Source of the DNA: Deltaproteobacteria bacterium
GTDB taxonomy: Bacteria > Myxococcota > Myxococcia > SLRQ01
Direction of reading: 5' to 3'
Assembly: GCA_029210625.1 (NCBI GenBank)
Contig: JARGFU010000001.1
Span: 261,806 to 325,805, forward strand
DNA: 64,000 bases
The translations under genes were made by a program, and so were the position numbers. The notes beneath the pieces are model-generated. The model was not told the origin of the DNA and made no database searches. It saw only the letters and a list, made by a program, of their open reading frames with translations. Shown one piece after another: positions 18,738 to 28,046 of this stretch (its first letter is position 1; every line of letters begins with the position of its first letter).

Positions 18738-19883
18738 CTAGACGAAGGCCAGCGAGATATCGTCGTGGAAGCGCAGGCCCCGCGCGGTCGGGCGGATCCG
18801 CCTGCCCTCCCGCTCGACGAGCCCCCGCAGCTCCAGCTTCTCCAGGGTCCGCCCGTGGAGGGCCTGGGCGTCGAGACCCGACCAGGACGAGAGCTCGTCG
18901 AGGTCGACGCCCTGGTGGAGCCGCAGCCCGCAGAAGAAGCGCTCGCCCAGGAGGGTCCCCCGCTCGAGCCGCTCCCGGCTCGCCTCGGGGAGGCGGCCCG
19001 CCTCGAGGTGCTCGAGGTAGCGATCGGCGGTCCGGGCGTTGGTGGTGCGCTCGCCGCTGCCGTCGGGCAGGCGCCGGAAACCCGAGGCCGAGACCCCGAG
19101 GCCGAGGTAGGGGTGGCCGGTCCAGTAGAGGGTGTTGTGGACCGCCTCCCGCCCGGGGAGGGCGTGGTTGGAGATCTCGTAGCGCCAGTAGCCGGCTTCG
19201 GCGAGGGCCCCGAGCAGGGCGTCCTCGATCGCGATCGCGAGCTCCTCCCGGGGGAGGACGACCTCGCCGGCCGCGACGGCCCGCGCCATGGGCACCTTCG
19301 CCTCGAGGGTCAGGGCGTAGGCGCTGATGTGATCGGGCCCGGCCGCGGCGGCCCGGCGCACGTCCTCCACCGTCTCCTCGGGCGTGGCGCCGGCGGCGGC
19401 GTAGATCAGATCGATGCTGACGTTCTCGATCCCGGCGCCGCGGGCCCGCGCGACGGCCGAGGCGCTCTCCTCGGCGCTGTGCCACCGGCCCAGGGCCTCG
19501 AGGACCCGCGGCTGGAAGGACTGGGTGCCGAAGGAGACCCGGTTGACGCCCTGCTCCCGGAAGGCCGCGAGGCGCTCGCTCTCGCTGGCGCCGGGGTTGG
19601 CCTCCAGGGTGATCTCCGCGTCGTCGAGGATCCTGCGCCGCTCGCGCACCGCCCGGATCACCCGGCCGAGCTCGGCGGGCTCCCAGAGCGAGGGGGTGCC
19701 GCCCCCGAAGTAGATGCTCGTGACCGGCACCTCGGGCCAGCCCTGCGCCAGGCGCAGGTCGAGCTCCGCGATCACGGCGTCGGCGTAGAGGCGGTGAGGG
19801 ATCACCTCGGCCACCTGCGAGGCGAAGTCGCAGTAGGGGCAGCGCGCCAGGCAGAAGGGGAAGTGGACGTAGACCCCGAGCAT
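18738..19883 (-). CDS. hemW: radical SAM heme chaperone HemW / oxygen-independent coproporphyrinogen III oxidase-like protein
   Basis: Radical SAM CxxxCxxC motif (CLARCPYCDF) at the N-terminus, the GGGTPS motif and a HemN C-terminal domain. Confidence 0.85.
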   Translation of the reverse strand: MLGVYVHFPFCLARCPYCDFASQVAEVIPHRLYADAVIAELDLRLAQGWPEVPVTSIYFGGGTPSLWEPAELGRVIRAVRERRRILDDAEITLEANPGASESERLAAFREQGVNRVSFGTQSFQPRVLEALGRWHSAEESASAVARARGAGIENVSIDLIYAAAGATPEETVEDVRRAAAAGPDHISAYALTLEAKVPMARAVAAGEVVLPREELAIAIEDALLGALAEAGYWRYEISNHALPGREAVHNTLYWTGHPYLGLGVSASGFRRLPDGSGERTTNARTADRYLEHLEAGRLPEASRERLERGTLLGERFFCGLRLHQGVDLDELSSWSGLDAQALHGRTLEKLELRGLVEREGRRIRPTARGLRFHDDISLAFV

Positions 19884-19900
19884 CCCCCGATTCTAGATCA

Positions 19901-20845
19901 TCAGATCGACCTCGGCCTGCGCGGCCGGGGCCAGTCGATGGCGGCGTAGTCGGCCAGGGCGGCGGCCACCGCGGCGTGGAAGGCCTCGCGGGTGGCGCCC
20001 TCCTGGAAGCGCTCGGACTCCAGGCGGTTGCGGGCGTTGAAGGTCTCGATGATCACCGAGGCCATGGGCGGGTGGCGCAGCATGTAGATCCGGCTGCCCG
20101 GGAGGTGCCGGTCGATGAAGGTCCCGCGCACCGTCTCGTCGGCCTCGTAGAGGCCCTCGTAGTCCCAGCCGTCGTAGGGGTGGAAGCCGGCGTCCGCCAG
20201 CCGGGCGGAGAGCAGGCGGGCCAGCTGCTCCCGCCGCGAGAGGCGGTCGGCCGGCCCGTTGTCGGCGTAGAGGAGCGCGAAGCCCGGGGCGAGGTCCCGG
20301 AAGAGGCAGCGCTCGCCGCCGGCCTCCCGGGGCCTCCACCCGAGCGGCCAGCCGCGGATGTCGGAGTGGAGGGAGATCAGGACCTCCCCGCCCCAGGCCT
20401 GCCCCTCGCGCACCCGCTCCTGGTAGCGCGGGAGCTCCCCGGCGAAGGTCCGGGTCAGCCGCACCTCGTAGCCGCGCCGGGCGAGGTGGCGGCCGAGCTC
20501 GAGGCCCAGCTCGAGCATGGTGTCCTGCTCCAGGCGGCAGAAGCTCGAGATGTTCCCCACGTTCCCCGGCGCCCCGTGGCCCGGATCGATGATCACCCTC
20601 AGAGGCCGCGAGGGCCCGGGGCCCAGCAGGCGGCGGGGCCGGGCCGCGCGGGCCGGCCAGACCGGGACCACCGAGGCGAGGTCGGGCAGGGGCAGGGGGG
20701 TCCCCCGCAGGTAGGGGTTCTGCTCGGCGGACGCCTCGCTCGCCGCGTCCCCGGAGAGGTGGGCGCCGCAGCCCACGAAGAGGGTCAGGAAGAGGAGGCG
20801 CAGGAGCGCAACCTCTCTCGGAGTTCCACCCGCCGTCTGTCTCAT
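19901..20845 (-). CDS. N-acetylmuramoyl-L-alanine amidase (Amidase_3 family), secreted or lipoprotein
   Basis: Signal/lipobox LTLFVGCGA and the zinc-site motifs IIDPGHG and ISLHSD. Confidence 0.7.
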   Translation of the reverse strand: MRQTAGGTPREVALLRLLFLTLFVGCGAHLSGDAASEASAEQNPYLRGTPLPLPDLASVVPVWPARAARPRRLLGPGPSRPLRVIIDPGHGAPGNVGNISSFCRLEQDTMLELGLELGRHLARRGYEVRLTRTFAGELPRYQERVREGQAWGGEVLISLHSDIRGWPLGWRPREAGGERCLFRDLAPGFALLYADNGPADRLSRREQLARLLSARLADAGFHPYDGWDYEGLYEADETVRGTFIDRHLPGSRIYMLRHPPMASVIIETFNARNRLESERFQEGATREAFHAAVAAALADYAAIDWPRPRRPRSI

Positions 20846-20944
20846 GCCCCCCAGGGTGGAGGAAGCGGGGCGCCGGCGGGGTAACGCGCGCGTAACGGCG
20901 CCTCGCTCGCCGCGACCCGGCGACCGGGGTTAGGCTTATGCCTC

Positions 20945-23704
20945 GTGAAGCGCGCACTCCAGCTCGGCGTCGCACTCCTCCTGCCGGTGGTCCTCGGGGC
21001 CCCGCAGGCGAGCCGCGCTGCCCGGCCGAAGGCCGAGGGGCCGGTGGCGGTCCTGCCCTTCAAGAACCTCAACCGGGATCCGGAGCAGGAGTGGATGGCC
21101 CGGGGCATCGCCGAGACCCTGGTCTCGGACCTGAAGCGCACCAGCAAGCTGGTCGTCGTCGAGCGCGATCAGATCGAGCGGGCGATGTCGGAGATCGCGC
21201 TGCAGCAGGACGGCGAGGTGAGCACCAGCAACGCGGTGAAGGTGGGCAAGCTGGTCGGCGCCCGCACCATCGTCCTGGGCAGCTATCAGCGCGCCGGGAG
21301 CCAGCTGCGCCTCAACGCCCGCTTCGTCCAGACCGAGACCGGCCTCGTCCTGGACACCGCCAAGGTCACCGGCCAGGCGAAGCAGGTCTTCGCCCTCCAG
21401 GACCGGCTGGTGAACCAGCTCCTCGACCTCTCCTCCGGCCGCAACAAGCAGGCCCGGGCGCGCAAGCCGCCCCCGGCCACCGAGAAGACCCTCAAGGCCT
21501 ACCGCCTCTACGCGATGGCGATGACCACCGCCACCGACGCGGGGCAGGCGAAGCTGCTGCGCGAGGCCGTCGCCGAGGAGCCGGACTTCTCCTACGCCCT
21601 CGACGAGCTCGACGCCCTCGAGCAGCGCCTGAAGGCGCTGGACGCCCGGGCCGAGGCGGCGATGGACGCCCGGGCGCGGGAGTACCGGGCCATCCTGAGT
21701 GACCCCGAGGCCGATCCCGCGCTGCGCTGGCAGGCCGCCACCGAGCTGCAGCGCTACTTCCAGACCAACGGTCACCCGCGGGCGCTCCTCGGCCTGGGGC
21801 GCGAGGTCCACGAGATGTCCTGGCCGGCGGGCATGCTCCCGGACCCGAAGGTCAAGGGGCTCCTCCTGGTCTTCTTCGCGCACCAGCAGCTGCGCCAGAC
21901 CGACCGGGCCCTCGCGGTGGGTGAGGAGTTCCTCCGTCAGTACCCCCAGGAGCTCGATCGGGCGCAGGTCTCGGCGACCATGGCCCGCCTCCTCCAGCAG
22001 CGCCGGGAGGAGGAGGCCCTGAAGGCCTCCATCGACGAGGCGCTCCGCGCCATCGACGTCAAGGAGGCGAAGCTCGACGCGGAGGCCTGCGAGGAGCACG
22101 CCGAGTACGAGGCCTGGGCCGAAGCCCTCGAGCGCTGCGGCCGCTTCGTGGAGGCCTGGGAGGGTGAGCCGGCGCTGGTCCATCAGCTGAACCGGGCCCG
22201 CTGGCTCCACCTCGAGGCCCACCTCGAGCTCGGCCGCTTCGACGAGGCCCGCCGGCTGGCGGCGATCTTCCGGGAGAAGCAGCCGGAGGAGGCCGAGCGC
22301 CGGGCGCTGACCCACCGGATGCGCCGGTGGCCGGGGGCCGCCCTCCTCGAGCCGGGTGACGACCCCCGGCGGCCGCCGGCGGGGGGCGGGCGGGCCCTGC
22401 TCCTGCCCTTCGTGCGCAAGAGCGACGGCAGGGAGACCCTGCGCCTGGGCCTGATGCTGCCCCGGGCCATGGCCTTCGATCTCGAGCGGGGCGGGCGGCA
22501 GGCCGTCGTCGACTGGGATCGCCTGCAGGATCACCTCGAGCGCACGCCCCGGCGCGGCCGCGAGATCGAGACGATCGACGAGGCCGCGGCGATCGGGGAG
22601 GCCCTCGAGGCCGAGGTGGTGGTGATCGGGACCTACTCGGTCGCCAACGAGCAGGAGCTCGAGGTGCACGCCCGCAAGATCGACGTACGCAAGAAGACGG
22701 TGGTGGGCGAGGTGAAGGTGGAGGGCCGGAGCGACGACGTGCTCCCCCTGCAGGATCGCATCCTGAAGCGCCTCTTCGGCGATCGCTTCCTGCCGCCGAA
22801 GCGCGCGGCCGCGACCCAGGCGCTCCGGGGAGGCAAGAAGCCCGACCCGAAGGCCGCCTACCGCCTCTACAACCTCAGCATCACCGGCTCGGACACCACC
22901 CGCTTCGGCCTCCTGGACAAGGCCCTGGAGGAGGACCCGGGCTTCGCCTACGCCCGCAACGACTTCGCGGCCCTGGTCTTCAAGGCCGCCCGGAACGCGG
23001 CCCTCGCCCACCTCCCCCGGGCCGAGCAGGAGCAGGCGCTGCGCGAGCGCTTCGGTAGCGGGGAGAACCCCTCCCGGCGCCGCAGCGACATGATGGAGTT
23101 CTTCGGCCTGCTCGAGCGCACCTCCCACCAGGCCGAGCTCCTCACCCTGGCCCGGCGGATCGACGAGATGACCTGGCCCGAGGAGTACCGGGACACCCTG
23201 CGCGCCAACGCGGTCTACTGGATGCAGAAGGCCTACGAGGATCTGAAGCAGCCCGACCAGGTGATCGCGATGGGCAAGCGCTACGCCGCAGAGTTCCCCA
23301 AGGGGCACTTCCATGCCGTGGTCGTCCGCAACGCGGAGCGCCTCGAGGAGAAGCTGGCCAAGGAGAAGGCCAAGCAGGAGGAGCGCCTCCCGCCCTTCCT
23401 GGCCCGGCAGGAGGGCGCCCGCATCGCCCTGGAGGGCGAGCGCTGCGCGGAGCTCATCAAGCACCGGCTCCACCTGCGGGGCCGCCGCTACTGCCAGGAC
23501 TTCCTCGAGCGGCACCGGAGCCTCGAGGGCTCGGAGGACTACCGGGTCTCCGGCGCCCTCAAGACGGCCAGCTGGAAGATCGTCGAGTCCCACTTCGAGC
23601 TCGGCGAGTTCCAGGAGGCGCGCGCCCTGGGTGAGGCGCACCTCCAGCGCTACCCGGACGATCCCGGCCGGGCGGTGATGATGAGCTACTGGCCCCGGGA
23701 CTGA
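20945..23704 (+). CDS. secreted protein with two CsgG/TolB_N-like periplasmic modules flanking a long TPR/alpha-helical repeat region
   Basis: Signal peptide (GTG start; LGVALLLPVVLGAPQASRA). The first module contains VAVLPFKNLN...LVVVER...IVLGSYQRAGSQLRLNARFVQTETG. A helical repeat region follows. A second similar module appears at ALLLPFVRKSDGRE...VVVIGTYSVANEQELEVHARKID. Confidence 0.6.
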   Translation: MKRALQLGVALLLPVVLGAPQASRAARPKAEGPVAVLPFKNLNRDPEQEWMARGIAETLVSDLKRTSKLVVVERDQIERAMSEIALQQDGEVSTSNAVKVGKLVGARTIVLGSYQRAGSQLRLNARFVQTETGLVLDTAKVTGQAKQVFALQDRLVNQLLDLSSGRNKQARARKPPPATEKTLKAYRLYAMAMTTATDAGQAKLLREAVAEEPDFSYALDELDALEQRLKALDARAEAAMDARAREYRAILSDPEADPALRWQAATELQRYFQTNGHPRALLGLGREVHEMSWPAGMLPDPKVKGLLLVFFAHQQLRQTDRALAVGEEFLRQYPQELDRAQVSATMARLLQQRREEEALKASIDEALRAIDVKEAKLDAEACEEHAEYEAWAEALERCGRFVEAWEGEPALVHQLNRARWLHLEAHLELGRFDEARRLAAIFREKQPEEAERRALTHRMRRWPGAALLEPGDDPRRPPAGGGRALLLPFVRKSDGRETLRLGLMLPRAMAFDLERGGRQAVVDWDRLQDHLERTPRRGREIETIDEAAAIGEALEAEVVVIGTYSVANEQELEVHARKIDVRKKTVVGEVKVEGRSDDVLPLQDRILKRLFGDRFLPPKRAAATQALRGGKKPDPKAAYRLYNLSITGSDTTRFGLLDKALEEDPGFAYARNDFAALVFKAARNAALAHLPRAEQEQALRERFGSGENPSRRRSDMMEFFGLLERTSHQAELLTLARRIDEMTWPEEYRDTLRANAVYWMQKAYEDLKQPDQVIAMGKRYAAEFPKGHFHAVVVRNAERLEEKLAKEKAKQEERLPPFLARQEGARIALEGERCAELIKHRLHLRGRRYCQDFLERHRSLEGSEDYRVSGALKTASWKIVESHFELGEFQEARALGEAHLQRYPDDPGRAVMMSYWPRD

Positions 23705-24366
23705 AGGGGCGCGGCGAAGCCCTCGAGCCGGAGCCAGGGGGCCAGCGCCTTCGCGCAGGCGTCGCAGTAGCGGTTGGTGGAGAGCCGCGCCGCCCGGATC
23801 GCGTTGCCCTTGGCGTCGGCCATGATGCAGCTCTCCCGGGGGCAGTGGTCGAGGCCCAGGTTGTGACCCAGCTCGTGGAGGACGAGGTTCTCGACGTAGC
23901 GCCGGAAGCGCTCCGGCGCCTTCGCGCGGAAGCGGCGAAAGAGGAAGGAGGTCAGCACGCCGGCGCGGCCGTCGAGGGAGGCCAGGCCCGCGATGCCCCA
24001 GTCGTAGCGATCACCCTTGGTGGTGGAGATGGGCCGGGTGGTCATGCCCAGGACCTTCCAGGCCGGGCCCACGTCGAGGGCCGCGAGGTAGGTGAGGAGC
24101 TTCTCGGCCCGCCAGCGCTTGCGGGGCTCGTACCAGGCCGTCTTCGGCAGGGGCACCGGCGCGGTGATCGCGACTTCCAGGTCGAAGGCCTTCTCGATCG
24201 CCTCGGCGGTGATCCGCGCCAGCGCGTCGTCCCCCTTGCCCAGGGGCACGACCACCACCCTGCGGCTCGGCTGGGTGGGATCGACGAGCGCCCTCCCCTC
24301 GGCCCGGGCGACGCCGGGGGAGAGGAGCAGGGCGAGCAGGAGCAGCGCGCAGAGCCGGTGCCTCAT
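23686..24366 (-). CDS. archaemetzincin-type zinc metallopeptidase (M54) with a signal peptide
   Basis: The complete archaemetzincin signature HELGHNLGLDHCPRESCIMADAKGN...RYCDAC (HExxHxxGx3Cx4CxMx17CxxC) is present. N-terminal signal peptide LLLALLLSPGVARAEG. Confidence 0.75.
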   Translation of the reverse strand: MRHRLCALLLLALLLSPGVARAEGRALVDPTQPSRRVVVVPLGKGDDALARITAEAIEKAFDLEVAITAPVPLPKTAWYEPRKRWRAEKLLTYLAALDVGPAWKVLGMTTRPISTTKGDRYDWGIAGLASLDGRAGVLTSFLFRRFRAKAPERFRRYVENLVLHELGHNLGLDHCPRESCIMADAKGNAIRAARLSTNRYCDACAKALAPWLRLEGFAAPLQSRGQ

Positions 24367-24429
24367 GTCGGGATCGACACCCGGGGCGCCCCGCCTGTTC
24401 CCGCCGGCCGCCGGGGCCGGGGCCGCTGG

Positions 24430-24870
24430 CTACTCGTCCTCGTCGCCCTCGACGATGTCGGCGCCGCTGTCCACGTCGATGGCGCCCACGGAGTCATCGG
24501 GCTGATCTTCGTAGGAGCCGCCACCCCCGTCGTCCCCGGCGTCGAGCTCGCCCTCGGACGAGGCCTCCTCGTCGTCGCCGCCCTCGCGCTCGACCGGCGG
24601 CAGCACCACCAGTCCGCCTCCGGACTTCTTCGGCGCTTCGGTCTTCTCGGCGGCCTTGCCCTCGTCGGACTCGGCCCACTCGCGCGCCGCACGCTCGGAC
24701 TCGCTGATCGCCTCTTCGGCCGGCGCCTCGCCGGCCTCATCCAGCGCGGCCTCGGCGGCCGTCTCGGAGTCGGGCACCTGAGAGGCGGCGCAACCCGAGA
24801 GCAGCATCGGGACGGTCAACACGAGGCACAGCGGAAGGAAGGAGCAGCCCTTCATGATCGATCTCCTCAC
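24430..24870 (-). CDS. highly acidic lipoprotein, hypothetical
   Basis: Lipobox LLSGC followed by a low-complexity Glu/Asp/Ala-rich sequence. Confidence 0.45.
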   Translation of the reverse strand: MRRSIMKGCSFLPLCLVLTVPMLLSGCAASQVPDSETAAEAALDEAGEAPAEEAISESERAAREWAESDEGKAAEKTEAPKKSGGGLVVLPPVEREGGDDEEASSEGELDAGDDGGGGSYEDQPDDSVGAIDVDSGADIVEGDEDE

Positions 24871-24960
24871 CGAGTGTGGGGGAACATCATTCTAGACGGC
24901 AGGTCGGGCCTCGGCCAGTCCGAACGGGGCCCGGCTGCCAAGCCTGGAAATCTGGCCTCT

Positions 24961-25632
24961 TCAGCCTTCCTTCACGTGGCAGTCGGGGCACTTGGTCGGG
25001 CCCGAGCCCTGCTCGGCGTGGCAGGCCTTGCAGCTCTTGTGGGCCGCGTCCTTCATGGCGGGCGCGTCGGCGGCCTTGCCATGGCAGGAGCGGCAGGCGG
25101 CGGGCGTCGCCCGGGCCTCGGCCGTGTGGTGGCACTTGTTGCAGCCCAGGCCGGCCTTCTGGTGATCGCGGTGGGGGAAGGTCACCTTGCCCTTGGTGCC
25201 GGCGGCGAAGGTGAGGCTCGCCGGGCCCGGCGAGCGCTTGGCGGGCTTGGTGGTCTCCTTGCCCTCCTCGCCCTTGGGCTGCTCCTCGACCTTCGGGGCC
25301 TCGGCCGCAGGCTTCTCAGCCTCCGCCTCGGCCTCGACCGCAGGCTTCTCAGCCTCAACCTCGGCCTCCGCCTCGGCCTCAGCCTCGGCCGCAGGCGCCT
25401 CCGCCTCCGCCTCCGCCTCAGCCTCCGCCTCGACCGCAGGCTTCTCGGCCTCCGCCTCGGCGGCCTCAGCCGCGGGCGCCTCGGCGGCGGGAGCCTCGGC
25501 CTCGGCCACCGCCTCCTCGGCCTTCACCCCCTCGGCGGCGGGCTCAGTGGGCTGGTCGGCGCTGCAGCCGACGATCAGCAGGAAAGCCAGCGTCATCCCC
25601 ATCGTCCCGAACATCGTCCTCATCGATCGCAA
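24961..25632 (-). CDS. lipoprotein multiheme cytochrome c of the c7/c3 (PpcA-like) family, with a long Ala/Glu-rich repetitive linker
   Basis: Lipobox LIVGC, an ~110-aa (AEAEAE/KPAVEAEAE)n linker, then VTFPHRDHQKAGLGCNKCHH...CRSCHG...KSCKACHAEQGSGPTKCPDCHVK. That is four CxxCH heme sites laid out in the PpcA/c3 pattern. Confidence 0.8.
   Translation of the reverse strand: MRSMRTMFGTMGMTLAFLLIVGCSADQPTEPAAEGVKAEEAVAEAEAPAAEAPAAEAAEAEAEKPAVEAEAEAEAEAEAPAAEAEAEAEAEVEAEKPAVEAEAEAEKPAAEAPKVEEQPKGEEGKETTKPAKRSPGPASLTFAAGTKGKVTFPHRDHQKAGLGCNKCHHTAEARATPAACRSCHGKAADAPAMKDAAHKSCKACHAEQGSGPTKCPDCHVKEG
25290..25500. repeat. imperfect tandem 9-18-bp coding repeats (gcctcggcc/gcctccgcc units) that encode the Ala/Glu linker of the cytochrome
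   Basis: Direct inspection shows repeated gcctcggcctc / gcctccgcctc units across about 200 bp inside CDS 24961..25632. Confidence 0.6.
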
Positions 25633-25745
25633 ACCATCCTTTCGGTGCTAGGAGCCTCGCGAGGGAGCCTCGACTCACGCCCGTCATGACGCGTGGACGC
25701 GGGAGAGATTCTACCCTCGCCCCGGGAGTCGATGCGAACCGACCC

Positions 25746-27119
25746 TCAGGCGCCGGCCGCCGCGAGGCTCGCTCGCCGCGCGGCACAGGCGCGGCGCATG
25801 GCCCAGATCGCCGTGGCGCCGGCCGCCACGTTCGCGACGCCGAGGCCGGCGAAGACGCCATCGATCCCGAGCGCCCAGCCGCCCAGGAGAGTGCCCGCGG
25901 CGACCAGGAGGGGCGCCCGGAAGAGGGTGAGGGCGCTGGCCACGAGCTGGCGCCCCATGGCGTTGAAGCTCGAGACCGCCACCTGCACCATGCCGAAGAG
26001 GCCGTAGCCGATCGGCGCGATCCACAGGTAGTGGGTGAACTCGCGGAAGAACCCGGGGGTGTCGGGGAAGAGCCAGGCCAGGGGCACGGCCAGGACCGAG
26101 AGCCCTCCCCAGGCGATGAGGCCCCACCAGAAGGAGAAGCGGCGGGAGAGGGCGATGGACTCGTCGATCCGGTCGATCTGTCCGGCGCCCCAGTTCTGAC
26201 CGACGAAGGGGGCGAGGCCGGCCCCCAGGGAGAAGAGGGGCAGGAGGGCCAGGCCCTCGATCCGGCTCGCGGCGCCGAAGGCCGCCACCGCCTCCTCGCC
26301 GTGCTCGGCGACCAGCCGGGTCACGAAGCCGGTGGTCAGGGGCACGGCGATGTTCGAGCCCGCGATGGGCAGCCCCATCGCCAGGGCCGCGCCCCAGGAG
26401 CGCAGGACGCGGGCCGGGTGGACCGGCCTCAGATCGAGGAGGTGCTCCCGGCCGACGAGGATCCAGAGGGCGACGACCAGGGTGCAGGCCCGCCCGATCA
26501 CGGTGGCGATGGCCGCCCCCTTCAGGCCGAAGGCCGGCAGGGGCCCGAGGCCGAAGATGAAGAGGGGATCGAGGACCGCGTTGATCAGCCCGGCGAAGAC
26601 CATCACCTTGGCCGGCGTCTTCGTGTCGCCGGTGGCGCGGATCACCGAGTTGCCCACCATCGGCACGACCAGGAAGACCATCCCGAGGTACCAGACCTCC
26701 ATGTAGTCGCGGATGTGGGGCAGCACCGCGTCGGTGGCCCCCAGCAGGCGGAAGACCGGATCGATGGTGAGGTAGCCGACGACGGAGAAGGCGGCGACCA
26801 GGACGAGGGCCAGCAACAGGGCGTCGGTGGTGAGGCGGCGGACCTGCTCGGTCTGCGCCGAGCCGATGGCCCGGGAGACCAGGCTCATCACCCCGACCCC
26901 CAGGCCGATCGTGAAGCTCCCGAAGGAGAAGACCACCGGGAAGGTGAAGCTCATCGCCGCGAGCTCGGTCGTGCCGAGCAGCCCCACGAAGTAGGTGTCG
27001 ACGAGGTTGAAGGTGATGACCGAGACCATCCCGACCATCATCGGGACGACGAGGCGCACGAGGTGCTCGCGGACCGGGCCCTCGGTGAGCTTGCCTTGGC
27101 TCGGAGCGGAGCTGGACAT
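25746..27119 (-). CDS. MATE-family multidrug/oligosaccharide efflux transporter
   Basis: Twelve predicted TM helices. The N-terminus reads LVRLVVPMMVGMVSVITFNLVDTYFVGLLGTTELAAMSFTFPV, typical of NorM/MATE. Confidence 0.8.
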   Translation of the reverse strand: MSSSAPSQGKLTEGPVREHLVRLVVPMMVGMVSVITFNLVDTYFVGLLGTTELAAMSFTFPVVFSFGSFTIGLGVGVMSLVSRAIGSAQTEQVRRLTTDALLLALVLVAAFSVVGYLTIDPVFRLLGATDAVLPHIRDYMEVWYLGMVFLVVPMVGNSVIRATGDTKTPAKVMVFAGLINAVLDPLFIFGLGPLPAFGLKGAAIATVIGRACTLVVALWILVGREHLLDLRPVHPARVLRSWGAALAMGLPIAGSNIAVPLTTGFVTRLVAEHGEEAVAAFGAASRIEGLALLPLFSLGAGLAPFVGQNWGAGQIDRIDESIALSRRFSFWWGLIAWGGLSVLAVPLAWLFPDTPGFFREFTHYLWIAPIGYGLFGMVQVAVSSFNAMGRQLVASALTLFRAPLLVAAGTLLGGWALGIDGVFAGLGVANVAAGATAIWAMRRACAARRASLAAAGA

Positions 27120-27180
27120 CGGGGAGACCGGGGCAGCGGGCGCCTGCGGGCGCGGGCCCGGGCCCGCGCGCGGTGGGCGC

Positions 27181-28008
27181 TCAGGCCTCGACGGCGAACT
27201 CCCGCAGCACCTCGTTCAACGAGGTCTTCTCGTCGGTCTTCGCCGAGCGCTCCCCGATGATGAGGGCGCAGGGCATGTGGTAGGTGCCCGCCGGGAAGTC
27301 CTTGGGGCGCGAGCCGGGGACGACCACCGCTCGCGGCGGGACCCTCCCCTTCGTGACGACCTCCTGCTCGCCCCGCACGTCGATGATGGGGGTCGAGGCG
27401 GTCAGGACCGTGCCGGCCCCCAGCACCGCCCCCTCTCCGACGATCACGCCCTCGACCACGATCGAGCGCGAGCCGATGAAGGCGCCGTCCTCGATGATCA
27501 CCGGCCGGGCGCCCGGAGGCTCGAGGACCCCACCGATGCCGACCCCGCCGGAGAGGTGCACGCCCTGGCCTACTTGCGCGCAGCTCCCGACGGTGGCCCA
27601 GGTGTCGACCATCGAGCCGGTGGCGACGTAGGCGCCGATGTTCACGTAGCCGGGCATGACCACCACCCCGCGCTCGCAGTGGGCGCCGAAGCGGATGGTC
27701 CCGGGCGGCACCAGGCGAACGCCCTGCGCCGCCAGGTCGGTCTTCAGGGGGATCTTGTCGTGGAACTCGAAGGGCCCGACCTCCAGGGTCCGCATCTCGG
27801 CGATGGAGAAGTAGAGGAGGATGGCCTTCTTGAGCCACTCGTGGACCGTCCACTCCCCGTCCTCTCCCCGGGTCGCGACCCGCAGCGCGCCCCGATCCAG
27901 CGCGGCGATCGTGGACTTCACCGCCGTCTCCACCTCCGGCTCGTGGACCAGGCTGCGGTCGTCGAAGGCGCGCTCGATGATCTCCCGGGGCTCGCGTGTC
28001 TCGCTCAT
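27181..28008 (-). CDS. dapD: 2,3,4,5-tetrahydropyridine-2,6-dicarboxylate N-succinyltransferase
   Basis: Left-handed beta-helix hexapeptide repeats (GAYVATGSMVDTWATVGSCAQVGQGVHLSGGVGIGGVLEP) with DapD-like N- and C-terminal regions. Confidence 0.8.
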   Translation of the reverse strand: MSETREPREIIERAFDDRSLVHEPEVETAVKSTIAALDRGALRVATRGEDGEWTVHEWLKKAILLYFSIAEMRTLEVGPFEFHDKIPLKTDLAAQGVRLVPPGTIRFGAHCERGVVVMPGYVNIGAYVATGSMVDTWATVGSCAQVGQGVHLSGGVGIGGVLEPPGARPVIIEDGAFIGSRSIVVEGVIVGEGAVLGAGTVLTASTPIIDVRGEQEVVTKGRVPPRAVVVPGSRPKDFPAGTYHMPCALIIGERSAKTDEKTSLNEVLREFAVEA

Positions 28009-28046
28009 GGCGGCGGAACCTAGCCCCTTTGGGCCACCGCGGCCAG

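Noticed and set aside
15850-19485. Single 1,211-aa minus-strand ORF spanning regulator, kinase and hemW regions
   Set aside because: Only its C-terminal 465 aa (the NtrC regulator, GTG start at 17244) make sense. Upstream, the kinase and hemW are read in other frames with clear motifs.
25290-25500. CRISPR array
   Set aside because: The short tandem repeats here and at 54-58 kb are in-frame coding repeats with no spacer structure. No cas genes are present in the window.
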